A stretch of DNA of 64,000 bases, from the NCBI GenBank assembly GCA_905235905.1, contig CAJONO010000070.1:253-64252 (forward strand). Direction: 5' to 3'. A program made the translations under genes and the position numbers. The stretch comes from an uncultured Prevotella sp. GTDB taxonomy: Bacteria > Bacteroidota > Bacteroidia > Bacteroidales > Bacteroidaceae. Of the stretch, positions 39,031 to 50,253 are shown one piece after another. The notes under the pieces were generated by a model that had not been told where the DNA came from, did not search any database, and saw only the letters and a list, made by a program, of their open reading frames with translations. Each line of letters begins with the position of its first letter. Position 1 is the stretch's first letter.

Positions 39031-42000
39031 CTATCTGTTTATGTATTTACGCCCATTACGCAGCACAAGACCGCGATGCGACGCGCTCACCTTCTGTCCC
39101 ATCAGGTTATAGGCAGGAGAAGCGAGGGGCGATGGGCGGTTGCCGTCGGAAGCCTGCAACTGCTCGACACCGAGACTCTGAGGCTGTTCGATGGGAAGCA
39201 AATAGCTACTCGTAAGGTTGGCGCGTGAAATGGTAGGCACGTTCATCACGAAGACATCGTCGGTACCGTCTGGATAGCGGCCCGCCGTCTCGTCAGGACG
39301 CAAGTAGCTATAGGCAAAACGGTCGCACCAACTCTCGTCGGCAGCGGTGAGCAGCACGTCGCCGCCCTCGGCAGCAAGCTTGAACGAGGCATGGAGCTGA
39401 CTCTCAGCCTCGAGCTTGTCGCACCACACGACGAGATGGCCGTGGGCAGGAACAATGGTCTTTGCCACACCGCCAACAATCTGACATTTAAGAGGTTTGT
39501 TGGGATTATCGCTGAGATACATGCCCTCGGCATCGATAGGCTCGTCGGTGGTGTTATAGAGTTCCACCCAGTCGTTGTGCTTGAAGTACTCATTGACATA
39601 GATACCGTTGGCAGCGCTCACCTCATTAATGCGCAACGGAGGCAGCTGGGTGTTCCCGACGACAGGAATCTTTGTGAAGGTGGCCGTGAGGCTGACAGTT
39701 CCTGCACTCTCAGGAATGTCGACCTTGGCATTGGTTGCATAGACTTTGCCCGCCTGTTTCCAACCGGCAAACTCATAGCCCGCAGGGGCTTTCGCCTCGA
39801 TGGTGACAGGAGCGAAAAGGGTGCCTTTGAAATTGCTGTAAGGCACCTCAATGCCATTCACGAAGAGACGGGCACCCTCGGTGTCGGCCTGCAATGTGGC
39901 CGTATGCTTCTTGGCATTGACCAGCTGCATGGCACTGTAGTTCTGCATGCAGGTAGCCATCTTTGCGGCGCGACCGCTCAGTTTCTCCTTGATGGTGGCA
40001 GCGGCGCGCTCAGGGCTATTGCCGTCGGTGTTCCACCCCATGAGCTGATTCATGGGTTGCACACGGTTCAGCAACTCGTCGACGATGGCATTGGCACGTG
40101 AGGACTCGAACACGCTGCCACCCATCAGACAGAAGGTGTCGACGAACTTGCGACGGTAGTCGTCGTGGCCAAGAAGGTTGTGGAAGAAAGTGATGAAGTC
40201 CATGTACTTATACTTCTTCAGGTGGGCGAAAGGATCGTCGTCGCCTTTGTTCATGAGGGCGAAGGCATAGTCGAGGTCGAAGGAAATAAAGCGGTAGCGC
40301 CCGTTGTTCTGACTGCGATAGGCCTTGATGTTGTTGTCGGGCCAGTCTTCGTTGTTGAGAAACAGTTCGGAAGCCATGTAGTTGGTGAATTCATCGATGT
40401 CGAGCAGTGTCTTCAGTTCGTCGTAGGCACCAGGTTCGTTGATTTGCTTGCCCAGTTCGAAGATGCGTTTGATGACGCTGTCGGTGCCCTGCTTCATCTG
40501 GAAATTCTCGAACATGTCTATCTCGTCGTCGTCATAGCCATAGTTGGCATAGACGAACTTGTCGTTGTTCAGTTCGCGCAGGTTGAGCACACCCCTCAGC
40601 TCGCCGTTCACATACTCAATGACGGGCTGGTAGGCCTGCACGTCGAGGTCGATACCCGAGCGCTGGATGATAGTTTCGAGTGCGGGGTCCATGAAGCGGG
40701 CACTATGCACCCATAAGTCGTTGCCGCCATTGCGCACGAGTACGCCCTTGCAGCGTATGTAGGGCTTCTGTTCGAAGAAAGCGTAGTCCATGTGGTTCAC
40801 GCCGTCGAACACCTTGTTGGCCTTCAGCTTGAACGAGCGGTTGCGCTGTGAGCGGGTCCATCCGCCACTGACGCTGATGTTCACGTCCTGATTGAAAAGC
40901 ATCTCGCCGTCAGAGCCTATGTAGCTGAAGTTTACGGGGCGATCCCACGGCTGGTTGTAGTTGCGGGGTACGTCCTGCCCATTGCCAGTCTTGCCGTTGG
41001 TGCCGTCGCCATCGCAGTCGATGCCGGTCTTCGGGTCGGTGAAATACTTCTTGTTGCCCACGATGGAAACCACGGGTATGGTGTAATGGTCGCTGGTCTT
41101 GATATAGCTGCGCGTCACGGGCTGACTGGGCAGGTAGCCATCCTTGAACAGGCGGAAGCAGTAGTTCGTGGTGCCTGTTACGGTAAACTTGCCGTCCTTG
41201 CTCTGCTTGGCGGCCTCGGTGCTCTCGCCCTCGCCCTGATACGACTGCCACGACACGTCGTCGATGTAGAAGTCGTTGTCATTGTCCTTCATCAGGTTCA
41301 GGTTGAAGGCGATGGTCTGCAACTGCGACGGCGTGGGTTCTCCCCACCATCCGCCGCCACCCGAGCCGGCCTGTTCGTTGCTGATGGTACCCTCATAGGT
41401 TATATCCTGCCATTCGGTGGTAATCTTGTACTTGCCATTGAGCATGCTCCAGTAGATGTAGCTGCCAGGCGTCTTGTGCGACTGAACGCTTATCTCACAA
41501 GGTCGTTCAGCCCGTATGCGCATGCTGAAGCGATACCTGTCGCCGGCATTCCATGTATGGTCGGGAGTATAGACGAAGAACTGCGTGGTCCACTCCTCGG
41601 CAGCATTGGCCACCGCATGGACCACGATGCCCCGCGAGCCGTCGTAGCCGGCACCATCGGTGAAATGGGTCAGCATCTTGCCATTCTCGTTGCCGCTCTT
41701 GCCCACAAGACAGGTGACGTCGTCGCCCTCACAGTCGCCGTTCTTCACCCACTCCGTCCAGGGCGAGGCTGCGTCTTCCTGTCCCTTGGGAGCCGTGGGT
41801 ACGCTGCCGTCGGTGGTATACATGAGCGTGGCACCCTCGGGAATATCGACCTCGAAGGATAGCGAAGCCGTGAACAGCTTGCTGCCCATGCTCACCACTG
41901 GTGGTGCCAAGCGTTCGGAAGCGAAGACCGCAGTGGCGTTAGAAGCTTCGGGCGTGGCATCGGCCGTCCAGCCCCATTCGCCCGTGCCGTCGGCCTTTCG

Positions 42001-42381
42001 GGCCCACGAGACGCGACTCATGGCCTGCGGATAGCGCTCGCTGGCTACCAACTGGCCATCGGCATTGCTCAGGCAGATAGTACCGCCGTCGCAGTCGAGC
42101 TTGAAGGGAGCCTGACTTGTCTTGATGTCGCTTGACCCCAGCCACACCACCTTGTAGCCTTTGGCTGGCACCATGCCCACGTCGTCGGGCATTTGCCAGC
42201 GGGTCAGGTTGGCAGGGTCGTCACTGAGATACATGCCAGCCAGGCTGATGCCCTGGTCGGTGGGATTGTAGATTTCCACCCAGCTGTCGAAGTTGGTGGC
42301 CGGACTCATTACTGTTCCTACGTTGGCAGCCATCAGCTCGTTGAATACCAAGGCGATGGCCGATAATATTGTCAAAAACAT
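39031..42381 (-). CDS. CotH-family kinase with two lamin-tail domains, a CBM4/9-like module and a T9SS-type tail
   Basis: LTD motifs (FNELMAAN..DSWVEIYN; INEVSAAN..DWVELYN), YTTDGSVPT split by a VKNGDCEG...FYIDDVS module, kinase motifs NNEDWPDNN and FDLDYAF. Confidence 0.9.
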   Translation of the reverse strand: MFLTILSAIALVFNELMAANVGTVMSPATNFDSWVEIYNPTDQGISLAGMYLSDDPANLTRWQMPDDVGMVPAKGYKVVWLGSSDIKTSQAPFKLDCDGGTICLSNADGQLVASERYPQAMSRVSWARKADGTGEWGWTADATPEASNATAVFASERLAPPVVSMGSKLFTASLSFEVDIPEGATLMYTTDGSVPTAPKGQEDAASPWTEWVKNGDCEGDDVTCLVGKSGNENGKMLTHFTDGAGYDGSRGIVVHAVANAAEEWTTQFFVYTPDHTWNAGDRYRFSMRIRAERPCEISVQSHKTPGSYIYWSMLNGKYKITTEWQDITYEGTISNEQAGSGGGGWWGEPTPSQLQTIAFNLNLMKDNDNDFYIDDVSWQSYQGEGESTEAAKQSKDGKFTVTGTTNYCFRLFKDGYLPSQPVTRSYIKTSDHYTIPVVSIVGNKKYFTDPKTGIDCDGDGTNGKTGNGQDVPRNYNQPWDRPVNFSYIGSDGEMLFNQDVNISVSGGWTRSQRNRSFKLKANKVFDGVNHMDYAFFEQKPYIRCKGVLVRNGGNDLWVHSARFMDPALETIIQRSGIDLDVQAYQPVIEYVNGELRGVLNLRELNNDKFVYANYGYDDDEIDMFENFQMKQGTDSVIKRIFELGKQINEPGAYDELKTLLDIDEFTNYMASELFLNNEDWPDNNIKAYRSQNNGRYRFISFDLDYAFALMNKGDDDPFAHLKKYKYMDFITFFHNLLGHDDYRRKFVDTFCLMGGSVFESSRANAIVDELLNRVQPMNQLMGWNTDGNSPERAAATIKEKLSGRAAKMATCMQNYSAMQLVNAKKHTATLQADTEGARLFVNGIEVPYSNFKGTLFAPVTIEAKAPAGYEFAGWKQAGKVYATNAKVDIPESAGTVSLTATFTKIPVVGNTQLPPLRINEVSAANGIYVNEYFKHNDWVELYNTTDEPIDAEGMYLSDNPNKPLKCQIVGGVAKTIVPAHGHLVVWCDKLEAESQLHASFKLAAEGGDVLLTAADESWCDRFAYSYLRPDETAGRYPDGTDDVFVMNVPTISRANLTSSYLLPIEQPQSLGVEQLQASDGNRPSPLASPAYNLMGQKVSASHRGLVLRNGRKYINR

Positions 42382-42510
42382 GTTGTTTACAATTTACGCG
42401 TATTCTTTTGGTGGCAAAATTACACATAATTTATTGACGAGCAAAACCGCTCGTCTGCTTTTCCGCGTCTTTGGGGCAAACGAGCAACAATAAGAAACAA
42501 AAATGAAAGA

Positions 42511-42694
42511 GCAAGCTGAATTACCTCGCAATCTATACTGAATTACCTCGCAATCTATACTGAATTGCGAGGTAATTCATACTGAACTTCAGGGTAATTC
42601 AACTTGCTTCCATAACCTGCTGACTATCAACAACTTTACATAATGACAGATTTTCTGAAACGAAGGCATCGACAAGACTGCTTTTCTGAGGGGT
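42511..42694 (-). repeat. Dispersed modular element, divergent copy E3
   Basis: AATT-like motifs every 11 bp from 42519 to 42596, including an exact 22-bp duplication; IHF-like palindrome at 42613-42637; lies downstream of the M16 stop. Terminal boxes not evident. Confidence 0.8.
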
Positions 42695-45541
42695 CTATTC
42701 CTCTGAGAGCATCGTCACTTCGATGCGGCAGCCGGAGTCAATGAGGCGGCGGGCCATCTGCTGCACGTCGCGGGCCGTCATTTCCTCGCACATCTTGCAA
42801 TAGTCCAGGTCGAAGTCGGCACCGTCGTCGAGCTCATGCCATGCTATGTAGTTCCAATAGTCGTTGGTGATGGCTATCTGACTATACTGCTTGACCAGAT
42901 ACTCCCGCACCTTCTGCATAGACGTTTGCGCGGGTCCTTTCTCGGCAATGTGCCGCAGTTGCTGGTAGACGATGGGGTTCAGTTCCTCGTAGCGCTGCGG
43001 GTCGGCATTGTAGCTGATGCGCAGGGTGGCCGTAGGATGGTCGTCCTTCTCCAGTCCGAAGTCGACGCTCACCCCATAGGTACCGCCTTTCTCCTCGCGA
43101 ACGGAATCGGTGTAGGCAATGGAGAGACAGCGTTTCAGGAAGTCGAGCACGAGGTCGTTCTTCGGAGTGAACTCAACGTCGGCACCGTAGAAGATGCTCA
43201 CATTGGCCAGCGGTGTGGCCATCTTCTTCCTGAACACGCGGGAGAAGTCGCCCTGCACCCACTGTGGCACATTCTTCCAGTCGACCTGTGACTTGGGAGC
43301 CGAGGGCACAGAGGGCAGCGTGGCCAAGTATTTCAGGATAAGCGGGCGCAACTCGTCGACCGACATGTTGCCAATAATCACCGTGCGGAAGTCGGCGGCA
43401 TTCGAGAATCGCTCCTTGTAAATCTGGAGAATGCGGTCGTAGTCGGCCTTCAAGAGCCGTTCTTGCGATGCCGGTTCCAACCGGGGATTATGGCCGTAGA
43501 GGATGTCGGTGATAGAGTCGTTATAGTCGACCTTCGGCGAGGCGTTGCGGTTGTTCAGGAAGGAATAGCTGCGGTTCACCAGGCCGGCAAAGGCAGCACT
43601 GTCGCGACGCGGACTGGTGAAGTAGAGGTGGCAGAGCTGCATCATGGTCTCGGCATCCTTCACCGAGGCACCGCCACTAATCGACTGCGAGCGGCTGCCC
43701 ACCGAGGGCTGCACACGGACACTCTTGCCTGAGAGCAACTTGCGCAGCTGCACAACATCCCAATGGCCAACGCCTGCCTCGGCAATGCTGCTCGAAATAA
43801 GGTTGAAATTGGGCAGGTCCTCAATGCCGTAGACAGAGGTGCCACCGTCGGCGCGCATGGTGAGCTGCACGGTGTTCTTGCTGTAGTCGGTCTGACGCAC
43901 GTAGACCTTCATGCCATTGCCCAGTGTCAGTTCTGTGAAGCCGTGCTTCCAGGGTTTCTCAGAGACAATATGGGGCTTGGTGCCAGCGGTCTGCTGGGCA
44001 TGATGGGCGAAATAGTCGTCGAGTGTCGTCTCGAGTACGTTTTCCTGATAGGGAGCATACTGCTGCCGCTGGGTGGCAAGAATGACGTCTTCCAGCTGCT
44101 GCTCGGTAGGCAGGACTACGGTTTCCTTGTCGGGAGCATACATGATGACCACCTGGTTGCGGTCGGTGATAAGATTGCGCATGGCCTCGTTGACCTCGTC
44201 GAGCGTCACCTCGCGAGCAAACTTCTGTGTCAGCTTCCACTTGTCTTCTATTGAGACGAGCGGTTCGCCGTTGAGGTAGTTCTGCACACAGAGGGCCACC
44301 AGTTTCGAGTTGGTACGATCGTGACGCTCGTTATACTTGCGCTCGTCGTGGTTCAGGCGGAAAGTAATAGCCCTGTCGAGTTCCTCCTGGGTAAAGCCCT
44401 GCTGGCGCACCTGCTCGCAGGCAGCCACAGCCGAAATCAGTCCGCCCAGAATACTCTCCTGCTTACAGCTGACGCTCAGTGAGAACGCCTCTTTCGTGCG
44501 ACTGAGGAAGAATGCCGGCATGGCCCTTGCCGTAGCACTCTGGAAGGGCGGCTCTGCCTGTTGGCGCAACTCCGTCAGGCGGTCGCCCAGCATTCTGTTT
44601 ATCAGCTCGTCGACAAAGTCGGCCCGCAGGTATTCCTCCGAGTTCTTCTGGTCGTCGGGCGTGGCATCGCGCTTCATGTAGAGATGGCAGAGCACAATGG
44701 GCTGCTCGGCATCCTTCTCAATGCAGACAATCATCGAGTCGTTGTCGCTGACCGGATAGTACACGCGCTCCGCACGGTTCTTAGGCAGGGGGATAGGCGA
44801 AAAGAGCTTCTTGATTTTCTTCTCCACCTTGTTCACGTCGATGTCGCCCACCACCACAACAGCCTGCAGGTCGGGACGATACCACTTATTATAATAGTCG
44901 CGCAGGTCCTGATAGGGGAAATTATCGACAACCTCCATCAGGCCGATGGGCATGCAGTCCTCATACTTCGTGCCCTTGTAGACCTTGGGCATGGCCTGCT
45001 CCATGAGCCGGCTCACGGCCCGTCCGGCGCGGCGGGTGCGCCACTCCTCGTGGATGACGCCACGCTCCTTGTCGATTTCGGCATCTTCCAGGAGCAAGTA
45101 GTGGCTCCAGTCGTGAAGCACCAGCAGGCAGCTGTCGATGATGCCCTCGCGCCGCAGCGGTGCCGAACCGATATGATAGACCGTCTGGTCAACGCTCGTA
45201 TACGCATTCAGGTTGGCTCCGAACTTCACGCCAATGCTTTCGCACCAGGGCACGATGCCCAGCTTCTTGCCTTTTCCTGGGAAGTTCTTGGTACCGTTAA
45301 ACGCCATGTGCTCCAGAAAGTGAGCCAGTCCGCGCTGCCGTGGCTCCTCCTGAATGGAGCCTACACGCTGGGCAATGTAAAAGTCGGCCAGGCCCGGTTC
45401 CTTGTCGTTGTGGCGAATGTAATAGGTCAGGCCATTCTTCAGCGTACCCTTGCGCACGGCAGAGTCCTGCGGAAGCGGCGTTTGTGCCGACAGCAGTACG
45501 CAGGCAGTCAGTAGGAAGAAAGTTGAAATGATTCTTTTCAT
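42695..45541 (-). CDS. M16-family (PqqL-like) zinc peptidase
   Basis: [14 protein letters not shown] (HxxEH), [24 protein letters not shown]; signal peptide. Confidence 0.95.
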   Translation of the reverse strand: MKRIISTFFLLTACVLLSAQTPLPQDSAVRKGTLKNGLTYYIRHNDKEPGLADFYIAQRVGSIQEEPRQRGLAHFLEHMAFNGTKNFPGKGKKLGIVPWCESIGVKFGANLNAYTSVDQTVYHIGSAPLRREGIIDSCLLVLHDWSHYLLLEDAEIDKERGVIHEEWRTRRAGRAVSRLMEQAMPKVYKGTKYEDCMPIGLMEVVDNFPYQDLRDYYNKWYRPDLQAVVVVGDIDVNKVEKKIKKLFSPIPLPKNRAERVYYPVSDNDSMIVCIEKDAEQPIVLCHLYMKRDATPDDQKNSEEYLRADFVDELINRMLGDRLTELRQQAEPPFQSATARAMPAFFLSRTKEAFSLSVSCKQESILGGLISAVAACEQVRQQGFTQEELDRAITFRLNHDERKYNERHDRTNSKLVALCVQNYLNGEPLVSIEDKWKLTQKFAREVTLDEVNEAMRNLITDRNQVVIMYAPDKETVVLPTEQQLEDVILATQRQQYAPYQENVLETTLDDYFAHHAQQTAGTKPHIVSEKPWKHGFTELTLGNGMKVYVRQTDYSKNTVQLTMRADGGTSVYGIEDLPNFNLISSSIAEAGVGHWDVVQLRKLLSGKSVRVQPSVGSRSQSISGGASVKDAETMMQLCHLYFTSPRRDSAAFAGLVNRSYSFLNNRNASPKVDYNDSITDILYGHNPRLEPASQERLLKADYDRILQIYKERFSNAADFRTVIIGNMSVDELRPLILKYLATLPSVPSAPKSQVDWKNVPQWVQGDFSRVFRKKMATPLANVSIFYGADVEFTPKNDLVLDFLKRCLSIAYTDSVREEKGGTYGVSVDFGLEKDDHPTATLRISYNADPQRYEELNPIVYQQLRHIAEKGPAQTSMQKVREYLVKQYSQIAITNDYWNYIAWHELDDGADFDLDYCKMCEEMTARDVQQMARRLIDSGCRIEVTMLSEE

Positions 45542-45578
45542 GTTGTTATTAGCTTCTATTTTGCTTCATTTTATTTTG

Positions 45579-45658
45579 CAAAATTACAAAAAAACAATCA
45601 ACCCACCAAATATTTCCCGATATATAACCGCATAATTCATAAATATTTGCTACCTTTG
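45579..45658. promoter_or_regulatory. Divergent -7 promoter elements (minus 45579-45586; plus 45651-45658)
   Basis: TAATTTTG and TACCTTTG upstream of the M16 gene and asd. Confidence 0.7.
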
Positions 45659-45697
45659 CACCCAAAAAGAAAGCAAACCAATAAAAAAAGCAACAAA

Positions 45698-46717
45698 ATG
45701 AAAGTAGCAATCGTAGGTGCGAGCGGAGCCGTGGGACAGGAGTTCCTGCGCATCCTCGCCGAGAGAAATTTCCCCATGGACGAGCTTCTGCTGTTTGGCT
45801 CAGAGCGCAGCGCAGGCCGCAAGTACAATTATCAGGGCAAGGACATTGAGGTGAAACTGCTGAAGCATGGCGACGACTTCAAGGATGTCGACATTGTCTT
45901 TACCAGTGCCGGTGCCGGCACCTCAAAGGAGTTTGCCGAGGACATCACCCGCTATGGTGCCGTGATGATCGACAATTCGAGCGCCTTCCGCATGGACGAC
46001 GACGTGCCCCTCGTGGTGCCTGAGTGCAACGCCGAGGATGCCCTGAACCGTCCGCGTGGCATCATTGCCAACCCCAACTGCACCACCATCATGATGGTTG
46101 TCGTGCTACAGCCCTTGGAAAACATCTCACATATCAAGCGCATCCACGTGAGCAGCTACCAGAGTGCCTCGGGGGCAGGAGCCGCCGCCATGGCCGAGCT
46201 GGAACAGCAGTACAAGGAAATCGTAGAGACCGGCGAGGTGAAGACCATCAAGAAGTTCCCCCACCAGCTGGCCTACAACGTGATTCCGCAGATCGACGTG
46301 TTCCAGCCCAACGGCTACACGAAGGAGGAGATGAAGATGTACAACGAGACGCGCAAGATTATGCACACCGACGCCCGCTGCTCGGCCATGTGCGTCCGCG
46401 TGTCGTCGCTGCGCAGCCACTCTGAGAGCGTATGGATTGAGACCGAGCGCCCCATCAGTGTCGAAGAGGCCCAGCAGGCTATCGCTGCCGCCCCCGGCTG
46501 TACGCTCGTCGACGACCCCGCCACGCTCACCTATCCCATGCCGAAGGACACTGCCGGCAAGGACGATGTGTTCGTGGGTCGTGTGCGCAAGGACCTGGCC
46601 GACGACAATGGCCTGACCTTCTGGCTCTCAGGCGACCAAATCCGAAAGGGTGCCGCCCTGAACGCCGTGCAGATTGCAGAATACCTGATTAAGGTGGGCA
46701 ACGTTCATAGTTCATAG
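45698..46717 (+). CDS. asd: Aspartate-semialdehyde dehydrogenase
   Basis: [58 protein letters not shown]. Confidence 0.97.
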   Translation: MKVAIVGASGAVGQEFLRILAERNFPMDELLLFGSERSAGRKYNYQGKDIEVKLLKHGDDFKDVDIVFTSAGAGTSKEFAEDITRYGAVMIDNSSAFRMDDDVPLVVPECNAEDALNRPRGIIANPNCTTIMMVVVLQPLENISHIKRIHVSSYQSASGAGAAAMAELEQQYKEIVETGEVKTIKKFPHQLAYNVIPQIDVFQPNGYTKEEMKMYNETRKIMHTDARCSAMCVRVSSLRSHSESVWIETERPISVEEAQQAIAAAPGCTLVDDPATLTYPMPKDTAGKDDVFVGRVRKDLADDNGLTFWLSGDQIRKGAALNAVQIAEYLIKVGNVHSS

Positions 46718-46744
46718 TTTAGAGTTAATAGTTTAGAGTTAATG
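46703..46744. repeat. Degenerate heptamer repeat (GTTCATA/GTTTAGA/GTTAATA) x6
   Basis: Spans the asd stop through to the next ATG. Confidence 0.8.
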
Positions 46745-47488
46745 AGAAGAATCCTAACCGTTCTGGCAGCGCTCGTCATAGCCGGCTCTGTAGGGGCTAC
46801 CGACACGACCGACACTTTGGTGGTGCGCATCAAGGGCATGCGCTGCGAAGAGTGCGCCCACAAGGTGAGAGACGTGCTTCGCAAGAACAAGGGCATCGGC
46901 CGAATCAGCTTCAACTTAGAACGGCGAACGGCTGCCATTGCCTTCGACCCGAAGCAAGTCTGCGCCGATACCATTAATGCCCAACTGGCTGCCACCAAAC
47001 GCTACAAGGCCACGCCCTATAACCCCGCCGAGGTTATCAGACGGGGCATAGGACTGCATATAAGCGACATGCACTGCGACAAGTGTGCGCAACGCATCGT
47101 GAAGCGGTTAGAGCAGATGGAAGGCATTGACAGTCTGGCACCCCATGTCGACAAGCACTATGTGTTCATTCGCTACGACGCGAACCGCACCTGCAAGGCA
47201 GCAATACGCGATGCCGTCGGCCAGCTGGGTTATACCCCCGTGAATTATTACAGCAGTAAAGACATCGGCTTTGCCTACTTCAACATTCCTGCAAAGGCTG
47301 TCAACGAGAACACCATTGAGGAGGCCCTAATCCTCGACGGCGTCGACGATGCCAACGTGAATGCTCGCCAGAAGTCGCTGGCCATCACCTTTATTAACAC
47401 CGAAACCTCTGTCGAGAAGCTGCAGGCCGAGCTGAAAGCCGCTGGCATAGAGGCCGTAGTGCCTGCTCCTCACGAGTGTAAAGAATAG
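46742..47488 (+). CDS. Exported heavy-metal-associated (HMA) domain protein with three HMA-like domains
   Basis: Signal peptide; GMRCEEC and DMHCDKC metal motifs; the third HMA-like domain lacks CxxC; ends PHECKE. Confidence 0.88.
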   Translation: MRRILTVLAALVIAGSVGATDTTDTLVVRIKGMRCEECAHKVRDVLRKNKGIGRISFNLERRTAAIAFDPKQVCADTINAQLAATKRYKATPYNPAEVIRRGIGLHISDMHCDKCAQRIVKRLEQMEGIDSLAPHVDKHYVFIRYDANRTCKAAIRDAVGQLGYTPVNYYSSKDIGFAYFNIPAKAVNENTIEEALILDGVDDANVNARQKSLAITFINTETSVEKLQAELKAAGIEAVVPAPHECKE

Positions 47489-47501
47489 AAGCCCGTTCTC
47501 C

Positions 47502-50249
47502 ATGAAGCGAATACTATCCCTTTTTGTGCTCCTCATGACAGTCATACGGATCATGGCTGCCGACATCAACATCATGGTCACTGAGAAGAAAGGCCGCGAA
47601 CCAGTGGTCATGGCCACAGTTGTGCTACAGCCCTTAGGCCAGGCCACCGTTACCGATGCCAACGGACGGGCCGTCATGCACCGTGTGCCGGCGGGCAACT
47701 ACACGCTCACGGTGACCTACGTGGGATTCCAGACGAAGAACGTGCAGATAGTCGTGGCCGAGAAAGACCTGAACATGCGGATAGAAATGGTTGAGACATC
47801 GCTTGCATTGGGCGAGGTGAACGTCACGGCGCGCCAGAACGTGTCGGGCTCGTCGACGAGCAGCATCATCGGCCGGCAGGCCATCGACCACCTGCAAGCC
47901 ACGTCGCTTGCCGACATCATGCAGTTAGTGCCCGGCCAACTGATGGGCAATCAAGACCTAACCGCTTCCTCAAACCTACAGCTGCGCCAATTGGTCAACA
48001 ACAACACGTCGGCCTTCGGTGCCAGCATCGTGGTCGACGGCGTACCCATGTCCAACAACGGTTCCTTGAGTCAGGGCAGTTTCTCATCGACAGCCTTCAC
48101 GGGCACCGACCTGCGCCAGGTGGCTGCCGACGATATTAATGAGGTAGAGGTGATACGCGGCATTCCTTCGGCTGAGTATGGCGATCTGACCAGCGGTCTG
48201 GTGGTCGTCCATTCCAAGGCAGGCGTCACGCCGTGGCAGGTAAAAGGGAAGGTGAACCCCGGACTGATGAACTACTCCTTAGGCAAGGGCGAGCGTCTCG
48301 GACAATGGGGCATCGTGAACGGCAGCCTCGACTATGCCCAGGCATGGGGCGACCCCCGCATGAAGACACGCTCTTTCCATCGCTACACTGCCACCTTAGG
48401 ATGGAGCTATGACCCTACGCGCCGCTGGCACATGAACACCAAGCTGCGCTACATGCAGGCAAAGGACTGGACGGGCAACGACCCCGATGCCAAGGACGAC
48501 GGCACCTACTCGGAGAACAAGAACCAGACCTTCTCGCTTACCCATAACGGTCGCATTCAAATAGAAAAAATGTTCGCACGTACCTTATCTTATACAGTGG
48601 GCATCAGCCTCACTACGAGCGATGCCTCCACCTCCTCATTTACCAGCGTCAGTTCCGGTCTGCTGCCCATTCTCACGGCTCGTGAGACGGGCTATTTCAC
48701 CGTGCCCTACGAGACGCATTCCTATTTAGCCACCGGCATCACCAAAAGTCGCCCCGGCAACGTCTTTGCCAAGGTCAACGACCAGTTCTACTTCAGGTGG
48801 GGCAAGACGCGCCAGTCGTTCAAGCTGGGTGCCGACTACCACTACGACTGGAACAACGGCCAGGGCTATTACAATGCCGACGAGCGCTATCCGCTGCGTC
48901 CTAACAGCAACGGACGCCCACGGGCCTTCAGCGACATTCCCGGCCTGCACCAGATAGCCGCCTTTGCCGAAGACCAGTTCACGTGGCAGCTGAACAAGGT
49001 GAACCGCCTGCGCGCCACGGCAGGCCTCCGCTTCACGGCCCTGCAGCCTTTCGGCAACGTCGCCACGACGTCGCTCTCGCCTCGCCTGAATCTCTCGTTC
49101 TCGCTGACCAAATGGCTCGACTTGCGTGGCGGCATCGGCATGAACTCGAAGACGCCTGGCCTGAACTACCTCTACCCCGACAAGAAATATGACGACCGCG
49201 TGGCAGCCAACTACATGCCGCAAGACGATGCCGCCGCCCAGCTATTAGCCTATCACACGCAGGTCTATGAGGTCGCGTTTTCCAAGAATATGAAGAATGC
49301 GACGACAACCAAGATAGAACTGGGAGTCGACATGAAACTGCCCGGCAATCGCAAGCTATCGCTGCTGGCCTATCGCGACAAGACGCCCAACGGCTTTGGC
49401 CCAGTAACCAACTATACCACCTACGAGTCGAGCTATTTCTCGCAGGCACAAGGCTTGGTCATCGCGCCAGGGCAGCCCACACAGATAGACTATTCGAACC
49501 CTGAGTACACCGACATCCTGATGATGACCACAGGCGAGATAGGCAACACCAACAGCACGGAGAACCGAGGCATAGAGGCCGACTTCGACTTCGGAACGGT
49601 AAAGCCCCTGCGCACACAGTTCATGCTAAGCGGAGCCTGGCAGGAAACCAAGTCGTGGAGCACCGACATGAACAGCCAGTCGGTCAAGGCATCGCTTCTG
49701 CCTACAGCCTACTCGTCAAGAGGACTCACGCCCTTCAAGATTATCTATCCCTCAGGCGTCGACCATACAAAATACCGCCGCTTCCTGACCACACTGCGCA
49801 CGGTGACCCACATTCCAGAGCTACGCATGGTGGCCTCGCTGACAGCCCAGGCCATCTGGCACAACTGGAGCCACAGCTACACGGCCGACAAAGACCCCAT
49901 TGCCTGGATAGGCACCGACCTGCAACGCCACGAACTGACCGCCAGTATGCTCAATGGCTACATAGGCATGGATGCGCAATACTATGCCAACCAGCCCACC
50001 AACCAGAACAGCGTGGCCGTACAAGACCTGCTCATCCGCGTCAGCGACAACGAACCGTCGAAGTCGCCCATCACCTGGAACCTCCAGGCTCGCCTCACCA
50101 AGGAACTTGGCAGCATGGGCGGCCTGTCGCTCTATGTCAACAATGCCCTTTTCTACGAGCCTTTCCTCAAGGGCAACAACACCAATACGCTGTCACAGCG
50201 CAACACCGGCAACTTCCAGTTCGGAGCCGAGCTCTATCTAAACTTGTAA
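47502..50249 (+). CDS. TonB-dependent receptor (non-SusC)
   Basis: CarboxypepD-like N-domain, plug motif EVEVIRGIPSAEYGDLTSG, and a beta-barrel ending GAELYLNL. Confidence 0.92.
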   Translation: MKRILSLFVLLMTVIRIMAADINIMVTEKKGREPVVMATVVLQPLGQATVTDANGRAVMHRVPAGNYTLTVTYVGFQTKNVQIVVAEKDLNMRIEMVETSLALGEVNVTARQNVSGSSTSSIIGRQAIDHLQATSLADIMQLVPGQLMGNQDLTASSNLQLRQLVNNNTSAFGASIVVDGVPMSNNGSLSQGSFSSTAFTGTDLRQVAADDINEVEVIRGIPSAEYGDLTSGLVVVHSKAGVTPWQVKGKVNPGLMNYSLGKGERLGQWGIVNGSLDYAQAWGDPRMKTRSFHRYTATLGWSYDPTRRWHMNTKLRYMQAKDWTGNDPDAKDDGTYSENKNQTFSLTHNGRIQIEKMFARTLSYTVGISLTTSDASTSSFTSVSSGLLPILTARETGYFTVPYETHSYLATGITKSRPGNVFAKVNDQFYFRWGKTRQSFKLGADYHYDWNNGQGYYNADERYPLRPNSNGRPRAFSDIPGLHQIAAFAEDQFTWQLNKVNRLRATAGLRFTALQPFGNVATTSLSPRLNLSFSLTKWLDLRGGIGMNSKTPGLNYLYPDKKYDDRVAANYMPQDDAAAQLLAYHTQVYEVAFSKNMKNATTTKIELGVDMKLPGNRKLSLLAYRDKTPNGFGPVTNYTTYESSYFSQAQGLVIAPGQPTQIDYSNPEYTDILMMTTGEIGNTNSTENRGIEADFDFGTVKPLRTQFMLSGAWQETKSWSTDMNSQSVKASLLPTAYSSRGLTPFKIIYPSGVDHTKYRRFLTTLRTVTHIPELRMVASLTAQAIWHNWSHSYTADKDPIAWIGTDLQRHELTASMLNGYIGMDAQYYANQPTNQNSVAVQDLLIRVSDNEPSKSPITWNLQARLTKELGSMGGLSLYVNNALFYEPFLKGNNTNTLSQRNTGNFQFGAELYLNL

Positions 50250-50253
50250 CCGC

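Noticed and set aside
42437-42487. Short hairpins (GACGAGC/GCTCGTC) upstream of the CotH promoter
   Set aside because: Could be an operator or terminator, but there is a single instance and no clear U-tract, so I cannot support a call.
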